Assembly: GCA_963718525.1 (NCBI GenBank) | Contig: OY970355.1 | Span: 1-64,000, forward strand | Direction: 5' to 3' | Origin: Candidatus Dormiibacterota bacterium | GTDB lineage: Bacteria; Chloroflexota; Dormibacteria; Aeolococcales; Aeolococcaceae | DNA length: 64,000 bases | Shown here: positions 1 through 9,662 of the stretch, one piece after another | Numbering within the stretch: the first letter of the stretch is position 1 | Layout of the letters: each line of letters opens with the position of its first letter | The notes under the pieces: generated by a model | Databases searched by the model: none | Told to the model about the DNA's origin: nothing | The model's input: only the letters and a program-made list of their open reading frames with translations | Translations under genes and position numbers: made by a program

Positions 1-18
1 TTTGTCTATACTACTGGG

Positions 19-1251
19 ATGTGTGATGGCGAGGACAAGCTGGGACAGCTCGAGCGGCTCCTGCAGGCGGTCGAGGCGTTCGTGGCCTCGCCGGGGGGTG
101 AGATCAGCGGGTTCGACCTCGGCGAGCGTCTGATCCGCTTTCGCCACGGCATTGACCTCCTCGAGCTCCGCTTCGCCCATGAGGCTGCGACCTTTGCCGC
201 CAGCGATGAGTACGAGGTCCAGGGCTCGAACTCCCCGATCGATTGGGTCCGCCACCAGTGCCGGATGTCCAGCACCGCTGCGGCTCGTTCGATCGCCACC
301 GGGGAGGCGGCACCCCAGCTTGCGGCCAGTGTGGTGGCGCTCCAGGAGGGCCGGATCGGGTTCGCCCATCTCTCCCTGCTCGCGGGGTTGGAGCGGGCCG
401 CGGCGCGCACCGGGCGGAGCTTTGCCGAGGGTCCCCTCCTCGAGCTTGCCCTCGAGCACTCGGTCGGCCGCTTCGTCAAGGACTGTGAGCACGCCCGCCA
501 TGCCGCCGATGCCGCCGCGGTGCTCGCCGAGCACGTCGATGCGGTCGACGCCCGCTCTCTCGAGCTCACCACCTGCGAGGACGGCCGGCTGGCCGTGCAC
601 GGCGTCCTCGACCCGGTCGGCGGGGCGACGCTGCGGGTGGCCCTGGCACCGCTGTGTGGCCGCTCCGGGGTGGGCGACGAGCGACCCCGGGCCCGCCGCC
701 TCGCCGACGGCCTCGTCGAGCTCGCCATGCATGCCCTCGACCACGGCTTCACCACCGAGGGTGGGACGACTCGCACCCATCTCCAGCTCACCGCCTCGGT
801 GGAGACGGTGATGGGGCTGTCCGGTGCGCCCGGTGGCGAGCTCGAGTTCGCCGGGGTGGTCCCGGCGGCCACGGTGCAGCGGCTCGCCTGTGACGCGAGC
901 ATCCGCCGGGTGCTGCTCGGTCCCAACTCTGCGGTGATCGACGTGGGCCGGGCGCTGCGGGTGCCCTCGGGTGCGGGACGTGCCGCGCTCCGGGTCCGCG
1001 ACCAGGGCTGCGTCTGGCCGGGCTGTGAGCGTCCCTCGTCCTGGACCAACGCTCACCACGTCCTCCACTGGGGACACGGCGGGGAGACCAACCTTGAGAA
1101 TCTGGTCCTGCTCTGCCACCGCCATCACTGGAAGGCGCATGAGGGTGGCTGGCAGGTGGTCAGGTCCGAGGAGGGGCGGATTCTGACGATCCCGCCGTCG
1201 CATAGGTACCGGGCGCGGACGCGCGCACCGGATCCCGTTCTCGCCGTCTAG
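19..1251 (+). CDS. DUF222 domain-containing HNH endonuclease (13E12-repeat-like selfish element)
   Basis: 410 aa; C-terminal RDQGCVWPGC...AHHVLHW..GGETNLENLVLLCHRHH HNH motif; QRLACDA and DVGR motifs typical of DUF222; TATACT at 7-12, 6 nt before the ATG. Confidence 0.9.
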   Translation: MCDGEDKLGQLERLLQAVEAFVASPGGEISGFDLGERLIRFRHGIDLLELRFAHEAATFAASDEYEVQGSNSPIDWVRHQCRMSSTAAARSIATGEAAPQLAASVVALQEGRIGFAHLSLLAGLERAAARTGRSFAEGPLLELALEHSVGRFVKDCEHARHAADAAAVLAEHVDAVDARSLELTTCEDGRLAVHGVLDPVGGATLRVALAPLCGRSGVGDERPRARRLADGLVELAMHALDHGFTTEGGTTRTHLQLTASVETVMGLSGAPGGELEFAGVVPAATVQRLACDASIRRVLLGPNSAVIDVGRALRVPSGAGRAALRVRDQGCVWPGCERPSSWTNAHHVLHWGHGGETNLENLVLLCHRHHWKAHEGGWQVVRSEEGRILTIPPSHRYRARTRAPDPVLAV

Positions 1252-1316
1252 AGCGGGTCGCCCTGCAGACGCTGATGGCGACTGCGCAACAACGCATGGG
1301 CGCTACCCTTGGATGC

Positions 1317-1388
1317 GTGATGACCGTCGTGGCGTCGCTGCACGCCCATGAATCCAAAGCCCATCCCACTCCACGAGTGCCGGCATGA
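1317..1388 (+). CDS. putative leaderless uORF, 23 aa (MMTVVASLHAHESKAHPTPRVPA)
   Basis: TACCCT at 1304-1309, 7 nt, then GTG; its TGA overlaps the MFS ATG (ATGA). Confidence 0.35.
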   Translation: MMTVVASLHAHESKAHPTPRVPA

Positions 1389-2614
1389 CCACCGAGCAAC
1401 GCGTCGCCACGCTTCCCGCGACATATCGGCGGCTGTTGCGCGTGCCCGGCTTCCGGCAGCTGCTGATCAGCTCGTTGCTCACCCGCACGGCCGCCCAGAT
1501 GTGGACCGTCGGCCTCATCATCTTCGCGCTGCAGCGATACCACTCGCCGAGCGTCGCGGGCGTGAGCCTCTTCCTGCTCATCTTTCCGGGTTTGCTGCTC
1601 AGCCCGATCGCCGGAGCGTTGCTCGATCGACACGGGCGCAAGCGGCTCATGACGCTGGACTTCATCATCGCGGCGGTCTGCTTGACCGTGATCGTTCTGC
1701 TCGCCGGCGCGGGTCGTCTTCCCGTTTGGGGTCTGTATGCGCTGCTGGTCGGCGGCTCGCTCACCAGCACGCTGAGCATCGCCGGCGCGCGCTCATTCTT
1801 CCCCAGCATCGTTCCGCGCGACATGTGGGATCGTGGCAATGCAGCCGACAGCGTCTTGTACGGCGTGGCGAACATCGCAGGCCCGGGGCTTGCGGGCGTG
1901 CTCATCGCAACAATCGGAAGCGAGGCGGCGCTCGCAGGGGCGGCGGTGGCCTACCTGGCGGGAGCGGTGGCCCTGCAGGGTGTCCCCGAGCCCGCGCGCA
2001 GCGACGAGGTGTCGGGCAGGATCCTCTACGAGGCGTGGCGCGGCCTCCGCTACGTCGTGACCAATCGCACGCTCCGTTGGATCGCCGTCTCGTTCTCGAC
2101 GCTCAACGTGGGCTGGGGCATGGTCATCGTCGCGCTGCCGGTCATCGTCTTCCACCTGCGCGGCAATGCGGCTGTGGTCGGGTTGATGCTCGCGCTCGCC
2201 GGGGTGGCCGGAATCCCAGCGGCCCTGGTGGCCGGGCGCATCCGGACCGAGGGCCGTGAGCGGGAGTCGATGGCCGTCTTCGGCGTCGTGATGGGGATCG
2301 CGGTCCTCGCACTCCTCGTCCCGTCGCTGCCGCTGATCGCGCTCGGGATCGCCATCGCCGGAGGAGCGGATGCAGCGTCCAGCGTCAGTGCCTTCTCGCT
2401 ACGACAGCGCCGCACTCCCCGGGCATGGTTCGGGCGAGCATTCGCGGTTGCCATGGCCTTCAACTTCTCCGGGGTGCCGATCGGTTCAGCCTTAGCCGGC
2501 CCCGTCCTCGGCGTCTCGACCACGTTCACAATCCTCGTGGCCGCAGGGCTGACCCTTGGCGCCAGCGTCGTCATGCGCCTCAAGATTCCGGCTTCGAATG
2601 GTGCGCCGGCGTGA
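1385..2614 (+). CDS. MFS transporter (macrolide-efflux/H+ antiporter-like)
   Basis: 409 aa, about 12 hydrophobic segments, MFS motif A GALLDRHGRKRL. Confidence 0.9.
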   Translation: MTTEQRVATLPATYRRLLRVPGFRQLLISSLLTRTAAQMWTVGLIIFALQRYHSPSVAGVSLFLLIFPGLLLSPIAGALLDRHGRKRLMTLDFIIAAVCLTVIVLLAGAGRLPVWGLYALLVGGSLTSTLSIAGARSFFPSIVPRDMWDRGNAADSVLYGVANIAGPGLAGVLIATIGSEAALAGAAVAYLAGAVALQGVPEPARSDEVSGRILYEAWRGLRYVVTNRTLRWIAVSFSTLNVGWGMVIVALPVIVFHLRGNAAVVGLMLALAGVAGIPAALVAGRIRTEGRERESMAVFGVVMGIAVLALLVPSLPLIALGIAIAGGADAASSVSAFSLRQRRTPRAWFGRAFAVAMAFNFSGVPIGSALAGPVLGVSTTFTILVAAGLTLGASVVMRLKIPASNGAPA

Positions 2615-2668
2615 GGCTCGCGCACCGACGTCGAGCAGACCCCGGCCGCCGTTGGTAGGCTGATCGGG

Positions 2669-2695
2669 ATGCTCCAAGTGGTGGCCGGCCGGTGA
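2669..2695 (+). CDS. putative leaderless leader peptide MLQVVAGR upstream of hflX
   Basis: extended -10 TGG-TAGGCT (2653-2661), 7 nt, then ATG; stop lies 8 nt before the hflX TTG. Confidence 0.35.
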   Translation: MLQVVAGR

Positions 2696-2703
2696 CGCGC
2701 TAG

Positions 2704-3927
2704 TTGCCCCATTTCGACGCACCCTCCGGGGCTGACCCGGCGGTCGGCACCAAGCTGAAGCGGGTGATCGTCGTCGGCACCGTCGCAAGCCGGGACGAAC
2801 GCGAGCAGCGCGATATCGAGCTTGACGAGCTCGAGGAGCTGGCCCGCACCCTCGGCACGGAGGTCCTCGAGCGCAGCCTCATCTCCCTGCGCGAGCCGCA
2901 CCCGGCGACCTTCTTCCGCTCCGGCGTCGTCGCGGCATTTGCATCCCACCTCGCTGAGCTCGACAGCCCGGCGGTGCTCTGCAACGATCAGCTCACCCCG
3001 CGCCAGCAGCGCAACCTGCAGGAGGAATGGGGCGTCCCGGTCCTGGATCGCACCGAGGTGATCCTCGCCATCTTCGCCCGCCGAGCCATCACAGCCGAGG
3101 GCCGGGTGCAGGTCGAGATGGCGCAGCTCGAGCACCTGCTCCCCCGCCTGGCCGGCGGCTGGTCCCACCTCGAACGTCAGCGCGGCGGCGTGGGGCTCCG
3201 CGGCGGGCCTGGTGAGAAGCAGATCGAGGTGGACCGGCGCCTCATCCGCCAGCAGCTCAAGCGACTTCGCGAACGCCTCGTGGTCATCGAACGGCAGCGC
3301 CGGACGCGGCGCACCGCTCGGACCAACGTGCCGCTCGCCTCATGCGCCCTCGTCGGCTACACGAACGCAGGCAAGTCGACGCTGCTCAACGTCCTCACCC
3401 ACAGCCAGGTGCTCGCCGATGACCTGCTCTTCGCCACCCTGGACCCAACGTCCCGGCGCCTCGAGCTCCCGTCCGGCAAGCTGGTGATCCTCACCGACAC
3501 GGTCGGGTTCATCCAGAAGCTTCCGACCGAGCTCGTCGAGGCCTTCGCGGCGACCCTCGAAGAAGTGCGTCAGGCACACATGCTCTGCCTCGTGGTCGAC
3601 GCGTCGCACCCTGACGCCGAGCAGCAGCTGGTAACGGTCCTCGAAACGCTGCGGTCGATGGAATGCGATCAGCCGATGATCCTGGCGCTCAGCAAGATCG
3701 ATCGCTTGACCGCCTCCGAAATCCGCGCCGCTCGGCTGCGTCTCGGCGACATCGCCGGGGTGTCGGCACTGGCTGTCAGCGCCACCCGCGGGGCGGGGCT
3801 GCGCGAATTGCGCCAGCGCATCGACGCGCTCGCCGCCGAGGTCGTCCCCGATATCAAGGCCAACCGGCCCAGCGCGGCGTCCCAGGCACAGCCGCCCAAG
3901 GCTGAGTTCCACACCGCAACGGGCTGA
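2704..3927 (+). CDS. hflX: GTPase HflX
   Basis: LVGYTNAGKSTL (G1), LFATLDPT (G2), DTVGFI (G3), GPGEKQIEVDRR; TTG start. Confidence 0.95.
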   Translation: MPHFDAPSGADPAVGTKLKRVIVVGTVASRDEREQRDIELDELEELARTLGTEVLERSLISLREPHPATFFRSGVVAAFASHLAELDSPAVLCNDQLTPRQQRNLQEEWGVPVLDRTEVILAIFARRAITAEGRVQVEMAQLEHLLPRLAGGWSHLERQRGGVGLRGGPGEKQIEVDRRLIRQQLKRLRERLVVIERQRRTRRTARTNVPLASCALVGYTNAGKSTLLNVLTHSQVLADDLLFATLDPTSRRLELPSGKLVILTDTVGFIQKLPTELVEAFAATLEEVRQAHMLCLVVDASHPDAEQQLVTVLETLRSMECDQPMILALSKIDRLTASEIRAARLRLGDIAGVSALAVSATRGAGLRELRQRIDALAAEVVPDIKANRPSAASQAQPPKAEFHTATG

Positions 3928-3960
3928 GTTTCACGCAGCGGCAGGCTGACCGCCACTCGG

Positions 3961-4425
3961 TCAGCGCTTGATCGCGCGCTCCATATCGCGCTCTGCGTCG
4001 CGCTTGGCAACGTCCTGGCGCTTGTCCCACAGCTTCTTGCCGCGCGCCAGGCCGATCTCGACCTTCACGCGGTTGCGTACCAGGTACAGCTTCAGCGGGA
4101 TGATCGTCAGGCCCTGAGTCCGCACCCTCCCGTCGAGGTACTCGATCTCACGCTTGTGCAGGAGAAGGCGGCGGCGCCGCTCGGGTTCCGGGTTGTTCCG
4201 ATTGCCCTGCTGGTACGACGCGATGTTCACCTGGATCAGCCATGCCTGCCCGTTCTCGATGCGCACGTACCCGTCGCGTAGCTGGATCCGGCCGGTGCGC
4301 AGCGACTTCACCTCGGTCCCGGTCAGCTCGATGCCGGCCTCCAGCGTCTCGACGATGCTGTACTCGTATCGGGCGCGTCGGTTGACCGCTAGCTGGGGAT
4401 CGCCCGGCCGCCTCGCCGGCGGCAC
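3961..4425 (-). CDS. smpB: SsrA-binding protein SmpB
   Basis: NRRARYEY, EAGIELTGTEVKSLR, LLLHKREI, GLARGKKLWDKR; GTG at 4425 overlaps the fmt stop (TAGTG). Confidence 0.96.
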   Translation of the reverse strand: MPPARRPGDPQLAVNRRARYEYSIVETLEAGIELTGTEVKSLRTGRIQLRDGYVRIENGQAWLIQVNIASYQQGNRNNPEPERRRRLLLHKREIEYLDGRVRTQGLTIIPLKLYLVRNRVKVEIGLARGKKLWDKRQDVAKRDAERDMERAIKR

Positions 4426-5345
4426 TAGCGCTGCACCTCGCGAGTACGCAGGCCACGCAGCCACGCAGCCGGCGTCATCGCTCGCTTGCCGGGAGGGGTG
4501 ATCAGGTCGACACGGTAGCCGCCGTCGCGAGCTGCGATCACAACGGACTCGCCATCATCACCCACCACAACTCCGGGCGACATCCCGTCCGGGATATCCG
4601 CCGGACTGCCCGCATCGATCTGGACGTCACGTCCCGCGATCGGCCCGCGCACCCCCGGCCATGGCTGCAACGCACGCACCATCCGATCGACCTCGACGCC
4701 GCTGCGCGCGGTCCAGTCAAGTGCCCCGTCCTCGCGGCGCAGTCGCGGCGCGTACGTGACACCGGTCTCGGGTTGTGGGGTCGCGACCACCGCACCCCGC
4801 TCCAGAGCGCTGAGCACCGCTGCCAGCTCCGCCGCCCCGAGTTCGGCCAGGTTCGCCGTCAGCGTCGGGGTTGTGTCCTGCTCGTGCACGAGAATGCGCG
4901 CCATCGCGTAGACCGGGCCGGTATCGAGACCCGCCTCCATGCGCATGATCGACACCCCGGTCTCGGCGTCGCCCGCGAGGATGGCATGCGCGATCGGCGA
5001 GGCTCCGCGCCAGCGAGGCAACAGCGATGCGTGGACGTTGACCGCGCCGTAGCGCGGCGGATCGATCAGGGCCGGAGGCAGGATCTGGCCGTACGCCGCG
5101 ACGACCAGGCTGTCGGGCGCCAGGCCCAGCAGGTCTCGAACCACATCGGGGGCACCGATCTTCGCCGGGGTGAGCACGTCGAGACCCAGTTCACGCGCAG
5201 CGTCGGCGACCGGGCGCGGCGCCGGCCTCCCGCGGCTGCCCGGCCGGTCCGCACGCGTGACCACGGCAGCGACGTCGTGCCGCGCGGCACACACCCTGAG
5301 CGACGGCACCGCGAACTCCGCGGTGCCACAGAAGACGAGCCTCAC
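4425..5345 (-). CDS. fmt: methionyl-tRNA formyltransferase
   Basis: RLVFCGTAEFAVPSL, VVAAYGQIL, NVHASLLPRWRGASPI, MEAGLDTGPV. Confidence 0.96.
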   Translation of the reverse strand: MRLVFCGTAEFAVPSLRVCAARHDVAAVVTRADRPGSRGRPAPRPVADAARELGLDVLTPAKIGAPDVVRDLLGLAPDSLVVAAYGQILPPALIDPPRYGAVNVHASLLPRWRGASPIAHAILAGDAETGVSIMRMEAGLDTGPVYAMARILVHEQDTTPTLTANLAELGAAELAAVLSALERGAVVATPQPETGVTYAPRLRREDGALDWTARSGVEVDRMVRALQPWPGVRGPIAGRDVQIDAGSPADIPDGMSPGVVVGDDGESVVIAARDGGYRVDLITPPGKRAMTPAAWLRGLRTREVQR

Positions 5346-5869
5346 ACAGCGCTGACGACGCCGGGCTCCTCAGCCTCCTCTGCGGGTTCGACCTCGCGCA
5401 GGGTCCCCTCGTTCACCCGCGTGGTGAAGAGGATGCCGTCGAGGTGATCCAGCTCGTGCTGCACCGCCCGCGCCAGCAGGCCGTCACCCTTGACGCGAAC
5501 CTCCTTGCCATGGCGATTGAGCCCCTTGGCGACCACACGCTGCCGCCTTGTCACCTCGCCGACCCAGCCCGGCACGGAGAGGCAGCCCTCGTAGCCGGTC
5601 TGGTCGCCGTCCGTGCGAACCATCTCCGGGTTGGCGAGCTGGTAGATCTGGTTGTCGACACGCAGCACGATGACACGCAGCGACACGCCGACCTGTGGCG
5701 CGGCGAGCCCGACCCCGTTGGCGTCGAACATGGTCTCGACCATGTCGTCCATCAGACGGCGAATTTCATCGTCGACCCGCGGCACGCGGATCGCCTTGGT
5801 CGTGAGCACGTCGTTGTGGTCCGAGACGAGGACGATGGGAAGGACTGCCACGGTGTTGTCTCCGTTCAC
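5342..5869 (-). CDS. def: peptide deformylase
   Basis: GVGLAAPQVG, EGCLS, QHELDHLDGILF; alternative start GTG 5851 with GGAG SD. Confidence 0.96.
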   Translation of the reverse strand: MNGDNTVAVLPIVLVSDHNDVLTTKAIRVPRVDDEIRRLMDDMVETMFDANGVGLAAPQVGVSLRVIVLRVDNQIYQLANPEMVRTDGDQTGYEGCLSVPGWVGEVTRRQRVVAKGLNRHGKEVRVKGDGLLARAVQHELDHLDGILFTTRVNEGTLREVEPAEEAEEPGVVSAV

Positions 5870-7857
5870 GCCCCGGGGTCGACGTCGATGCTCCAGCCCC
5901 GAGCCCTGGGAAGGTGAGGAAATGCCCTCTCGATCTCTTTGCCTCGCACCGTGATCTGCCAGCGATACTCGCCGCGGAGGCGGTGGAGGAATGCCGGTGT
6001 CGGACCGAGGACATCGAGCCCGGCACCGATTCCGAGTGTATCAGACACTCGCTGGGCCTCCCGGCGCACTTCGTGCTCGGCCTCGCGGTCGTCCTTGTGC
6101 ACGAACGTGCAGACGCAGAGACGCGCATACGGGGGAAACCGCAATGCCCTGCGCACGCGGATCTCGTCGTGCGCGAACCCGAGGTAGTCATGCGTGGTGG
6201 CGTGACGCACCGCGTAATGACCGGGGCTGTAGGTCTGGAGCACCACGCGCGCCGGCTCATCGCCACGGCCCGCTCGCCCCGCCACCTGGGTCAGGAGCGA
6301 GAAGGTGAGCTCGCCGCTCCGGTAGTCGGGGAAATGCAGCGACGTGTCGGCGTTGACGATGCCGACCAGACGCACATTGCCGAGATCCCATCCCTTCGCC
6401 ACCATCTGTGTGCCGATCAGACAATCCGCCTCATGACGGCGGAAACGGTCATAGATGTCGAAGTAGGCGTCACGCGAACGCGTGGTATCTCGATCCATCC
6501 GGATCAGGCGGAGCGCCGGAAACCGTTCGCGCACCTCGCGTTCGAGCCGCTCGGTTCCCATGCCGAGGGCGCGGATGGTGCGCGAGCCGCACGCTGGGCA
6601 GGCGTTCGGCACCGGGATCGACAGTCCGCAATAGTGACAGTCACAGCTCGCGCGCTCCGAGTGATGCACCAGGGACACGCTGCAGTTGGTGCACGTCACT
6701 GCTTCGCCGCAGGTTCTGCAGAGCACCACCGTCGCTGAGCCGCGCCGATTGAGGAACAGGATCGACTGGCCGCCGTCGGCATGGCATTCCTGCAAAGCGC
6801 GATCGAGGACCGGCGAGAGCGCATTGGTATTGCCTGCCTTGAGCTCGTCACGCAGATCCACGACCTCGATCGGCGGGAGAGGCCGGCCACTCACACGCTC
6901 GGGAAGGGTTGCGAGCTCGAGCTCGCCCATGTGGGCACGGAAGAAGCTCTCGACCCGTGGCGTCGCGCTCCCCATGACGACGGGTGCGGCGCACAGCTCG
7001 CCGAGCATCAGCGCGACGTCGACCGCGTGATAGCGGGGAACGCGATCCTGCTTGTACGCAGGCGCATCCTCCTCGTCGACCACCACGATCCCGAGGTCGG
7101 TCACCGGGGCGAACACGGCGCTCCGCGAGCCGACCACGACGCTGTGCTCGCCGCTGCGAATGCGCCGCCATTCAGCGGCTCGCTCGGCGTCGGTGAGCGC
7201 GGAATGGACGACCGCGATCTGGCCAGGGAAGCGCACCGTGAAACGGCGAATCATCTGCGGTGTCAGCGCGATCTCGGGGACGAGCACGATCGCGCCGCGT
7301 CCGGCGGCACGCGCCGCGTCGATGCCGGCGAGGTAGACCTCGGTCTTGCCGCTGCCGGTCACGCCATGGAGGAGGACGCGCCGATGGCTGCGTGCCGCGA
7401 TCGCCGCAAGGAGTGGTGCAACCGCCGCGCGCTGTGCGTCATTGAGGTGTGGCGGCGGCTCTGGCGGACCCGCGGCGCCGGCTTCAGCGATGGCTCGCGA
7501 CATCGAACGCGGTCCGGACCGGCGCGACGGGCGGGTGCGAACGCCCTTCGGCAGCATCGCCCGAAGCACCTCACCGAGCGGAGCGCAATATCGATCCGCG
7601 ATCCGCCGCGCCAGGACAAGATGGTGATCAAGGATCATGCGCGGTTCATCGACGACCCGGTCGATGGCGCGGACCTCAGCGAACTCCGATTCCTCCGATC
7701 GCTCGACCACGTAGCCGAGGATCGAGCGCTTGCCGAACGGGATCTCGACGCGCACGCCGGGCAGCACGAGCTCCGTCAATTCGTCGGGGATGGAGTACGT
7801 GTACGCGTCTCGGGGCAGCTGCGACCGCGTCTCCGGAACAACCGAGGCGAAACTCAT
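5866..7857 (-). CDS. priA: primosomal protein N' (replication restart helicase)
   Basis: GVTGSGKTEVY, VPEIALTPQ, four CxxC pairs, GTQMVAKG, QVAGRAGR. Confidence 0.96.
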   Translation of the reverse strand: MSFASVVPETRSQLPRDAYTYSIPDELTELVLPGVRVEIPFGKRSILGYVVERSEESEFAEVRAIDRVVDEPRMILDHHLVLARRIADRYCAPLGEVLRAMLPKGVRTRPSRRSGPRSMSRAIAEAGAAGPPEPPPHLNDAQRAAVAPLLAAIAARSHRRVLLHGVTGSGKTEVYLAGIDAARAAGRGAIVLVPEIALTPQMIRRFTVRFPGQIAVVHSALTDAERAAEWRRIRSGEHSVVVGSRSAVFAPVTDLGIVVVDEEDAPAYKQDRVPRYHAVDVALMLGELCAAPVVMGSATPRVESFFRAHMGELELATLPERVSGRPLPPIEVVDLRDELKAGNTNALSPVLDRALQECHADGGQSILFLNRRGSATVVLCRTCGEAVTCTNCSVSLVHHSERASCDCHYCGLSIPVPNACPACGSRTIRALGMGTERLEREVRERFPALRLIRMDRDTTRSRDAYFDIYDRFRRHEADCLIGTQMVAKGWDLGNVRLVGIVNADTSLHFPDYRSGELTFSLLTQVAGRAGRGDEPARVVLQTYSPGHYAVRHATTHDYLGFAHDEIRVRRALRFPPYARLCVCTFVHKDDREAEHEVRREAQRVSDTLGIGAGLDVLGPTPAFLHRLRGEYRWQITVRGKEIERAFPHLPRARGWSIDVDPGA

Positions 7858-8525
7858 CGCACCCGGCTCGCAATGCTGCGAACGATCGCATCAGCGACGA
7901 TCGCCTTCGGCGCGCGGGCGATGTTCTGCTCCGACCCGTCGCGACCGAGGATGGTGACCTCGTTGTCGGCGGCGCTCATGCCGATCCCGTCCTGCGACAC
8001 GTCGTTGACGACCACGAGGTCGAGGTGCTTGCCATCGAGCTTCGCGCGCGCGTGCTCGATGACCCGCTCCGTCTCTGCGGCGAATCCGACCACGAAGATG
8101 CCGTGCTGAGCGAAATCGTCGCGCAGCGAACGGAGGATGTCGACGGTGGGCACCAGTTCGAGGCTCAGGATGTCCGCTCCCTTCTTGAGCTTGTTCGGTG
8201 CCACCTCGCGCGGACGCCAGTCGGCCACCGCCGCGGCCATGACGAGGACGCGCGCGCCCGGGAGCGCGTCACGCACCGCGGCGTGCATCTCGGCCGCGGT
8301 TTCCACGGCGACCACGTCGAGGCCCGGTTGCGTGACCGGCGCGGGCGCGGCTGTCACCAGCGTGACCGTCGCGCCGAGCCGCAGCGCCGCCGCGGCGATC
8401 TCGTTCCCCATTCTGCCGCTGGACCGATTGCCGATGAAGCGCACCGGGTCGATCGGTTCACGGGTTCCACCGGCGGTGACCACGAAACGGAGACCGGCGA
8501 TGCTGGGGTCAGGCCCCGCCGACAA
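7854..8525 (-). CDS. coaB: phosphopantothenate--cysteine ligase (CoaB half of a split or frameshifted CoaBC)
   Basis: TAGGTREPIDPVRFIGNRSSGRMG, AAAVADWRP, VGFAAET, VVNDV; TTG start overlaps the CoaC end. Confidence 0.88.
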   Translation of the reverse strand: MSAGPDPSIAGLRFVVTAGGTREPIDPVRFIGNRSSGRMGNEIAAAALRLGATVTLVTAAPAPVTQPGLDVVAVETAAEMHAAVRDALPGARVLVMAAAVADWRPREVAPNKLKKGADILSLELVPTVDILRSLRDDFAQHGIFVVGFAAETERVIEHARAKLDGKHLDLVVVNDVSQDGIGMSAADNEVTILGRDGSEQNIARAPKAIVADAIVRSIASRVR

Positions 8526-9078
8526 GGGTGGCCCTCACCGCAGATACGATGACATCCGCCTCCGCCATCCGGCCGCTGCTCTCGTGACCGCTCGCCAGCC
8601 GTCCGAACACCGGGCCGATGATGCGGCCGCCGCGCGCCATGAGGGTGGCGACGTGGCCCTGGGTCGCCGGATGTTCCCACATCGCCAACTCCATGGCCGG
8701 CGCCACCAGCAGCGGTGCGCGACACGCGAGCGCGGTGGCGGTGACCGGGTCGTTGGCGAGACCGAGCGCCAGGCGCGCGATGAGGTCCGCCGACGCGGCG
8801 ACCACCGCCTGCACCTCGCACCAGGAGGAAAGATCCAGGTGATTCATCCCGTGCCCGACCTCGGCCGGGTCGTCGTCCCAGATGCTGGATGCGACGCGAT
8901 GTCCACTCAGGGCGCGAAGCAGCGTCGGGGTCACGAAATGGGTCGCCGCCTCGGTCATCGCGACCTTCACCTCGGCACCCTCGCGGCGGAGATCGGTCAC
9001 CACCTGGCATGCCTTGTACGCGGCAACGCTGCCGCCGACGCCGACGAGGACACGGCGGCCGTCGAGCGGTGACGTCAT
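8509..9078 (-). CDS. coaC: phosphopantothenoylcysteine decarboxylase (CoaC half of CoaBC)
   Basis: VLVGVGGSVAAYKA, MTEAATHFVTP, APAMELAMWEHPATQ, GRLASG..GRMAE; ATG 9078 overlaps the gmk stop. Confidence 0.88.
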   Translation of the reverse strand: MTSPLDGRRVLVGVGGSVAAYKACQVVTDLRREGAEVKVAMTEAATHFVTPTLLRALSGHRVASSIWDDDPAEVGHGMNHLDLSSWCEVQAVVAASADLIARLALGLANDPVTATALACRAPLLVAPAMELAMWEHPATQGHVATLMARGGRIIGPVFGRLASGHESSGRMAEADVIVSAVRATLVGGA

Positions 9079-9662
9079 TGCGGCGCCTTGTCGGTTCGCG
9101 ATCGCTCGGCCTCGATGATGGCGGCGATCTCTCGAGCAGCCCGTGCGGCGTCGTCGTTCACAACCTGATGATCGTACGTGTCCTTGAGCGCGAGCTCCGC
9201 GACCGCGCGATCGCGCCGGGCTCGAAGGCTCGCGGGATCCTCGGTGGCGCGGTCGACGAGGCGCTCCTCGAGTGCCTCGAGGCTCGGCGGCAGCAGGTAG
9301 ATGTACAGGCCCGCGTCGCCGATGTGCCGGCGCACCTTTTCCGAGCCCTGCACGTCGATCTTGATCACCGTGTCCTTGCCCGAGGCGATCGCCCGATTCA
9401 CCGTGTCGAAGGTGCGGCCCTTCAGCTCCCCGTATACGGTCGACCACTCGAAGAACTCGCCGCGATCGATCATCGCCCGAAAGGTCGGCTCGTCCACGAA
9501 GAAATACGAGACGCCCTCGATCTCCCCGGGTCGCGGGGGACGCGTGGTGTACGAGACGGCGTACCCGAGTGCGGGGTCGAGTTTGAACAGTTCGCTGAGC
9601 ACGGTGTCCTTGCCGACGCCGCTCGGCCCCGTCAGCACGATGAACCTGCCGCGCGGGCTCAT
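9075..9662 (-). CDS. gmk: guanylate kinase
   Basis: LTGPSGVGKDT, SYTTRPPRPGEIEGVSYFFV, IDVQG, LLPPS. Confidence 0.96.
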   Translation of the reverse strand: MSPRGRFIVLTGPSGVGKDTVLSELFKLDPALGYAVSYTTRPPRPGEIEGVSYFFVDEPTFRAMIDRGEFFEWSTVYGELKGRTFDTVNRAIASGKDTVIKIDVQGSEKVRRHIGDAGLYIYLLPPSLEALEERLVDRATEDPASLRARRDRAVAELALKDTYDHQVVNDDAARAAREIAAIIEAERSRTDKAPQ

